A DNA stretch of 55,839 nt from Tubiluchus corallicola (lineage: Eukaryota; Animalia; Priapulida). The position numbers and the translations under genes were made by a program. How positions within the stretch are numbered: the stretch's first letter is position 1; each line of letters starts with the position of its first letter. The stretch is taken from the NCBI GenBank assembly GCA_030141605.1, contig JAQGDQ010000536.1:1-55839 (forward strand), given 5' to 3'. This document shows, one piece after another, positions 48,996 to 55,839 of the stretch. The notes under the pieces are model-generated. The model did no database searches. It was not told the origin of the DNA and saw only the letters and a program-made list of their open reading frames with translations.

Positions 48996-49261
48996 ATGAG
49001 CTTAGGAGTCTTAATGAGCCAGTAATATTCGACGGTAGATAGAGTACCAAACCAACTATTAAGCTGTATATAACAAAATTTAATGATTACTACTTTAACC
49101 AGGAGAAAAGAAATAGTTAACAAAAAATATCAATGACAGTGCAGCAAATAAGCAAATATATTCTCTAGTCTAACGATAGAGAGGGGAGGTGTTAGTGGGG
49201 TAGCACGTGCACGTCCATGGCCTTTAATATCTCTTCACAACCAATCATCAAGTCAGAAAAT

Positions 49262-51122
49262 TACCTGAGTTTCTCTTTTGCATTATTCTTTATGATTGCA
49301 AACTCATTTATTTTAGCCAACCACGGTTGCGTTACAAATAAAGGGTGACCCGAAACATTCAATAAGTATTTGCCTAGCACGGCTGTATGCAATCTGTGGG
49401 TCCATATAACTGCAACTTTTGACGACCCGTTTTGCTTCGCCCGTACAAAATTGTAAAAGCCTGGTATATCTCTTCCCGTCATCATGTGTATAATTTTCTA
49501 CCGAAGTCTCGAACCGACGAATAAAGCGCCAGAGATTCATAATATTTCCGTCATATTTCTCTAGCTCCACATTTGGCAGTTGCATCGCACAATACATATT
49601 TAAATGCTGCTGCTGACCTTCCAAAATGAGATCCATTAATTGCTTATTGTCGCCAAAATTATTTGTGGGAGGCGAGCCTGAGAGGGTGTTTCCGCAAAGT
49701 GTATTGTGTGAAGCTTGTTGAGGTAAGGAAGCCTGTTGAACACTGCTCCTGTCATGTATGTGAGTGGCAAATTCAAGTGCATCAGGACTGAGTTTAGTTC
49801 GGGTAGGAATGTGCTGCTGAACATTAGCTTTATTTATTTGTTCTATTTCATGAGGCCAGTTCGGTTCCACCTCATGAATGTAAAGTGACCCGCAAATATT
49901 TAACACTTCAGATTCAAAGTCTGTTTCACCTGTAGATGGCGCCACGTGCTTGTGATAAATGCTGCGTATACTGTCCCAGGGCTTACTGCTAGCCATGAAA
50001 TGAGCAACCTTGACACTTTCTCGAAACTGCTTCACAGCTGATAACTGTTGCATTATAAATGTATGGCAATCGTTTATCAAACGCTGTATTCCAGGCGTTA
50101 AAATACAGATTTAGTAGACCTTGATCTCCACCGTCGAATGTGCTTGAATCTGATTGAGCGAATGACCGTAATTCACTGTACGTGGCAAGATTAGGTTCAA
50201 AAATGAAAAGCTCGCTATTAAAACAATCAGGCCAGCCTATATCTGCAACTGCTGACAGTTCGTTCCAGCTAAATAAATCGTCTACGTTTTGCAGCACAAT
50301 CACATCAGAATTAAAAAATACACATTTTGAGAACCGAGTTAGCCTCCAACAATGCAGTTTTGTAAAAGTCACCTTTAATTCGGGCCGCCCTAGTAATTGT
50401 AGACTTTCTACATCTGAATTATCAATAGCTACCGCAAGCTCCACATGGTCAAAGGCGGCGCTTATCTGCGTCATTATGGGTTTAGAAATTCCAGTTGTAA
50501 TTAATATCGCTAAACTACGTGTAATACTAACATTACGTAGCGATGAAGCCAATACTAAAGCACCTATGGAGTGTTTATCATTGGTAGCCATAGTAACGTA
50601 AGCTTCGGGTTTGATGAGCCCGTCAGGTGACGTGACTAGTGCGACTTCTTTGTGTGACATTTCAATCCGCACATTGTCATTTTCTGCACTTCATATTTCT
50701 TTGGCTACAGGCGAAACCACATCTGAACTAGCAAACCCTTGAGTAGCCTTTTGCATGCGCAAATGTTTGATTTTCAAGGCTTGTAATTTTGGTTTCTGTT
50801 CTTTAATTTTCAAAGCATGCAAATCAAGCCTGCTTAAGTTTGTTGCAGAAGTTTTTAGACTGCTGGACGTGGTTTTGTCTTTTCTGCGTTACTCCCCCTC
50901 GCCTGATTGGTCACAAGCTGTTTTAACACTCTCATTCTTTGAAGTAGGCGTGGTTACCTCTATAGTAATTTCGCTCTCCTATACTCGTTGAACTAATTCG
51001 GCTTTGCTTCCAGCGACTTGTAATCCCTTATCCCGTAGCAACTGTCTTAACTCTTGTACCGTTTTTTGCTGTAGCTGTTCTTCATTTAGTCTCAACAAAT
51101 CTTGTCTTTGCCCGGAAGCCAT
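49262..51122 (-). mobile_element. Decayed Bel/Pao-type LTR-retrotransposon gag ORF: SAP domain, coiled coil, glycogenin domain, PAM2-like motif, DUF1759-type core
   Basis: ATG at 51122 opens MASGQRQDLLRLNEEQLQQKTVQELRQLLRDKGLQVAGSKAELVQRV (SAP), 150 codons upstream of and in frame with ORF 50672, with stops at 50981, 50891 and 50693. After a frameshift near 50043 come KLSPDALEF and LPNVELEKYDGNIMNLWRFIRRFETSV...RLLQFCTGEAKRVVKSC...YSRARQILIECFGSP. After a second frameshift, WLAKINEFAIIKNNAKEKLR. Confidence 0.82.
49855..50610 (-). pseudogene. GYG1: Intronless glycogenin catalytic (GT8) domain embedded in the gag frame, frameshifted
   Basis: EAYVTMATND, GALVLASSLR, LLGRPELKVTFTKLHCWRLTRFSKCVF, NVDDLF..ELSAVADIGWPDCFNS, FDGGDQGLLN.YF, LPYIYN, then in the shifted frame AVKQF..SVKVAHF....KPW. 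The DAD motif reads NSD and the YSY acceptor segment is missing. Confidence 0.92.
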
Positions 51123-51705
51123 GCTGTACTAGCCTTATCCAGGTGTTCTATTCTCGAAAGCAATATGGCCGTCTCACTTAGGTACACGCACTGAGATATA
51201 AAACTGTGTGCTGCATGCGCTAAATACAAGTCCAACAGTCTTTTAGATGTAATTGATGTTTTTTTATTGCCCAAAATGGGCAATCATCGTCTCATCCCAA
51301 AATCACTATCACATCACGACATATTTGACTGACCGACTGACTGACTGACATATTATGTGCGATTCGACTTCGTTTTATCTGAAGCAAATAAAAACATTTT
51401 CTGCTAATCCAATGTCAAAAAGGTAATTAACTGCTATAATGAAAATGCATAATATTATTATGAAATATGAAGAAATCAAACTTACATCTTTGCCGCATCT
51501 TACTAACTTGCTAAAGAGAACTCGACTGACAAAATTTTGTTATAAAACGTCACGACGTACCGAACAAGAATGACTTCTTTCCTATCCAGTGTCCAAAGTG
51601 AGGCCAATGGCCTATTTCCTGTCCTAGCTCACCTGTCTATCAACAGCCTAATTTTGCAAAAACAAACACAAGGAGGCACCACGTGCTTATATCCAAAACA
51701 AGGTG

Positions 51706-52150
51706 ACAGCGATAATGACGATTATATATTCTACTGTAGGCTAAACACGTTACGTTTTTTATGTAGAAAACCGCGCAGTTGTGAAAAGATGTTGCTGGTC
51801 CATTTTCCCACTTCGGATGGAATGTGAATCTCATTAACGACCTAAATTACCATGACAACTAATTTCAAAAACAACAGGTTCAAGTAATAATTAGTAAACT
51901 GTGTTTAATTTAATGCAAAAGCTAGAACTAATGTGATCGAGCAGATCTCCTTCAGTGATTGTTGAAGGTCCACTATGTTAAATTTGTATCAAAAACTTCT
52001 TATGTTAGAGGCACTCTTGAAGTGAGAAGGCAGTTGTCATAAGCTGGAGGTGGTGTCTTTCCTGTAGTGCATGTAAGTCTACGTGAGTAATTCTGGTAAT
52101 AGCTAAACTGTTCCACTTTCAGTAGAATTGAATATTGAAAAGTAAGTAAA
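51706..52150 (+). promoter_or_regulatory. Putative promoter and non-coding first exon of sulfotransferase copy 3
   Basis: Paralogous to 29118-29540; donor GTAAGT at 52142. Confidence 0.55.
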
Positions 52151-52477
52151 GTTTTTCTTATAAAATTGGGTAATTTGGTTCGATTATGCTGTTTACTAGG
52201 TTGTTTTTGTGCTTTTCTGCAAAAGGAGCAAAAACAATTATATATCAGACAATTCATTTAAAGTATTCTCAATTGTAAACAAAGTCTGAAAATAATAAAA
52301 TATCAAATACATGCAATTAGATAAAGCCTATGAGCAGATTACAGATTATTAAAATGAGTATACAACAATCAGTAAACACATTATATTATATATATATATA
52401 TATATATATAATACACAATTATACTACATTGGAGGTCTCTTCAAAAGTTAGACGAATTATCATTGTTTATAGGTAAA

Positions 52478-55220
52478 ATGGAGTGGCCAAAAATGTACGA
52501 AGACAGAAAACATGAACTGGAAAGAGGAGGCGATGGTGTTATCAGACTTAAGGACGTTTACGATCACTTACTACCCGCTTTAAAAAGAGGTGACATGGTT
52601 ATTAAGCCTGACGATGTCTTCGCAGTTTCGTATTACAGAGCGGGTTTGTATCGTTTTAATTTTTCTAATGTAGCAGCAATTAGTAGAGCATGAAGGCACT
52701 ACTAAACAAACTTCATCAGTCAATCTTTAATGGCTCATAATGCCCAAGCTTGATGGACCCCGAAAAAGATTTTCAATATTTGAAAAAAAATGTGTGGAAA
52801 TATCCGTTAGTTTGGTTTGCAGTAAACAGTAAAATAGTACATTTTCTTTGAGAATGTTTTATTGACACGCACAAAGATAGGTTTATTTAAAGACTTTGCA
52901 ATAAATTTACTTTAAGCTATGTAAATGTCCCTAAAATATACAACGAGTTCTAAAAATATCCAAGGTTGGTGCAGGCGAGTTCCTTGCTCCCCCATCTGTG
53001 TTGGTGGTGGATCCCATAATTTCTGTAGCCTATGGGCCCCAAAAGGTCGTAATCCGGCCCTGCTTATAATGCAGCACAACTAATATGATGGGAATGTAGT
53101 GCAATGTAACATAGAGTAACGTACTGTAATGTAACAATCAAATATGATTTAAGATACTTTGTCAATTCTCAAAATGATATGAGCAGTTCCAGAAATTTGT
53201 AATCATGATATACACCGTTTCACTTGCTAAAATAAGTGTGATCTGTTTTACTTTTTGACAAATTTGTTGATCTATTTTTGCATGTAATTTTTTCCACTTA
53301 GATTTACACTTAATAAACAATATGCATGTTCATGTTCAAGAACATTTCTACGTATTAGTTTTTTTAATGAGAGGCAAAACATGGCAATTAAAACATCATA
53401 GACTTAAATTTGCATGCTGTCTTGCGAATGGCTGCATATCAGGTGGCCGACATATTGATTTGTCTGTTAATAAATCATCAATGAAGCCATTTAGGTATTT
53501 CAGTATGTTTCAAGGTTAAACAGATATTCAAATTAACAATAGCTTCGATTTTTAATTGTGAAATGGAATTTTATGAAGGAATTGAAGAAATTAAAGCTAT
53601 TTCAATCAAGGAAACACGTGGAAATTAATGATTTATATATAGTAACTTATTATACTTCATAATATTCAAAAAATGAAAGCAGTAAAATCTCCGTTTTGCT
53701 TTGATGAAACTGTAAATCTATAAATCTATTAAATTTTTGTGACTTTACTGTTATAATTGTGTGCAACAATCGTGTTTATGTTTTTAATATATTAATTTTC
53801 CAGGATGTCGTTGTTTTTGGGATATTGCTGCAAACGTGTTGTCTCGTGGTGAAAAGGAACGTGCAATAGAATATCGTACTCATTTGAAAGCCATAGAAGT
53901 AGCGATTACCACACCGGAACAGCACATAGACAAACTTAATCATGAGCCGTTCAGCGGCAGGAGAATTTTTGCCTCAAGCCTGGTTCCAGAACATTTACCA
54001 CAAGAGATCTTTACAAAACAATGCAAGGTGAGAAAGTATGTTAAAGTTACAGTTGCTAGAATTTGACATTGATCTAAACATGGAAATTGAGCACCCGTCT
54101 TAACTTTTGTGTTTTCACTGCATCTATTGCTATATTTGAATTGCCATGAATAGGTTATTTTGTGAAAATTTCATTTAATGTATTTGATTTGATGCATTTT
54201 TCTACGAACACACAGCCTATTGTAAAACACATATGTTGTAGAACAGCACATAGGCGAACTTAATCATGAGCCGTTCAGAGTCAGGAGAATTTTTGCCTCT
54301 TTTGTAACTCCAGAACGGCTGCCACAAGAGATTTTTGCAAAGAATTGTAAGGTCAGAGAAAAAACAATAGACCAGTTCTTTCTGAACTTGAAGTTAAGAA
54401 CTGAAAAATTGTCACTTATTTTTTTGGTACATTTGTCACTAAATTTTACATTTCTAAAAGTTGCTTATAAATGGAGGTACACACAGAGAAGCAGTATTGT
54501 TCTGATATCAGTTTGGTATTGGTTTTGGTGAATATCAAATGATCGGCATCAGTTCAAATCGGTTTATTGGGATCGGAACAACACTGACGTGTAGATGTTC
54601 TTCAAGGAAATTTAAACTGAAGATGTACAACTGCCTTCAGTCAAAGTCTGGTAACGTAAAAACTGCTGAACCAAAATACTTCATAATAATTTGGAGCGTT
54701 AGCAATTTGTAATACAGACGCTTTTGGTTTTATTGATTTTTTGCACACAGGTTATTTATGTGTTGAGAAATCCTAAAGATGTTGCGGTGTCTTGCTATGA
54801 GATGCACAAAATGACCAAGCATCTTGGCCAAGTGAAGGACATGCCATTTAGTGACTTTCTTCCATACTTTCTTGATGGCAATGGTAAGATGTTACAAAAA
54901 ACACTGCCTGTACATGATCGACAAAGGCAATTACAGCTTTCTTGATATTAATTTCAAGTTTTTGCCCAGAAATTTTTCTAAATGCACTTGCAGTGTTGGC
55001 ACTTGCTTAAATGAGGACATTTCCCAAAGTTTTAGTTTTCAAGGTACGTTCTATTTGTGTATGTTTACTCTATTATTGCTTTCTTATTTCTCGTTTATGT
55101 TAAATTGTTATTATATCTGTTACAGTTGCGGGTGGTTCCTGGTTTGAAAATACAATGAAATGGCGGAAGCTCAAGGATAAACGTAATGTTCTGTACATCA
55201 GATTCGAGGATTTTCTAAAG
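52478..55220 (+). CDS. Cytosolic sulfotransferase-like protein, copy 3 (first four coding exons, runs off the window; His replaced by Ser)
   Basis: join(52478-52643,53804-54027,54751-54883,55126-55220...). Open frame, GT-AG, and intron 4 is still collinear with copies 1 and 2 at the window end. Confidence 0.9.
54242..54351 (+). other. Intact 110-nt intronic duplicate of the 3' half of exon 2 in copy 3 (candidate alternative exon)
   Basis: TTGTAG|AACAGCAC...TGTAAG|GTCAGA; open frame (E)QHIGELNHEPFRVRRIFASFVTPERLPQEIFAKNCK; phase 1 in, phase 0 out. Confidence 0.75.
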
Positions 55221-55839
55221 GTTAGTCTGTAACATGCATTTTAACATCTTAGCCACTTAAAAAATGAAGAATACAATATCAAGAAATGTGCTTTTAAAAT
55301 TTACCATATCAGAACTAGTGTTAACCAAGTAGTGCTGACGTATGATATCACATGTGTAATGGAACAACAAAACTTAGCAGAAATGGCAAAACTTATGTGA
55401 TGGCCCCATGGTATACAGCGACCACCGAAAACTTGTATTAGCCATCGAGTGCCAACCACAGAAAAAGTGCCGTTATGCTTCATAACATTACACAGAAATA
55501 GGTTATGGTAACATCTACATTTCTAACAAATAATGAACTTTTTCAATTAGCAAGCGTGTGATAATTAAGATGGAAAATGAAGAAAATTTATCAATTGGAA
55601 CTTTTGCCGCTCACAAAAATAAATTGCAGTTAGTGCCAGTTTTGTTTTTACTAATTCCATTTAATAGTTAATAAATCGTGACGATCTGATGGAGAGCTCT
55701 GTTAGATCCATTCATGCAAACTGGAAATAACTAATAGCTCGGCTTGTGTTAAGCTAGTCTAATGCAAAGGGATGGCCATAAATTGTCATTTTTCCTAAAC
55801 TCATCCAATGTGCTGGCTTATTTCATAACTCACCAATCA

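Noticed and set aside
49313-49345. PFICNATVVG at the end of the gag ORF resembling glycogenin PYIYNATVIS (a second capture?)
   Set aside because: The neighbouring frame continues as gag-like VTQPWLAKINEFAIIKNN, so this is a frameshift and the resemblance is probably chance.
49989-50672. Functional stand-alone host glycogenin gene
   Set aside because: Frameshift, loss of DxD and the acceptor Tyr, no C-terminal glycogen-synthase-binding motif, and gag sequence on both sides.

Overview
AT-rich, repeat-dense genomic DNA from an invertebrate animal, with spliceosomal introns, many micro/minisatellites and LINE, Penelope and LTR debris. Host genes: (1) an intronless class A GPCR with olfactory-receptor-like motifs (10755-11735 +); (2) an intronless 1044-aa cytosolic carboxypeptidase AGBL2/3 (CCP2/3)-like gene (17084-20218 -) with an RFX X-box upstream and a 269-bp upstream duplicate of its own coding sequence; (3) an 83-aa secreted, Cys-containing, probably amidated peptide precursor (24297-24548 -); (4) three tandem cytosolic sulfotransferase-like genes (six coding exons each in the two complete copies; 29868-35255, 41317-47160, 52478->55839 +). 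The sulfotransferases keep the 3'-phosphate-binding and RKGxxGDWK motifs but lack the catalytic His, vary mainly at pocket residues, and two carry an intronic spare copy of the active-site half-exon. The most striking item is a decayed Bel/Pao-type retrotransposon gag frame (about 49262-51122 -) reading SAP domain, coiled coil, intronless glycogenin (GT8) catalytic domain, PAM2-like motif, DUF1759-type gag core. This looks like a host glycogenin captured in-frame inside gag. All calls come from reading and translating the sequence by eye; no searches were run.
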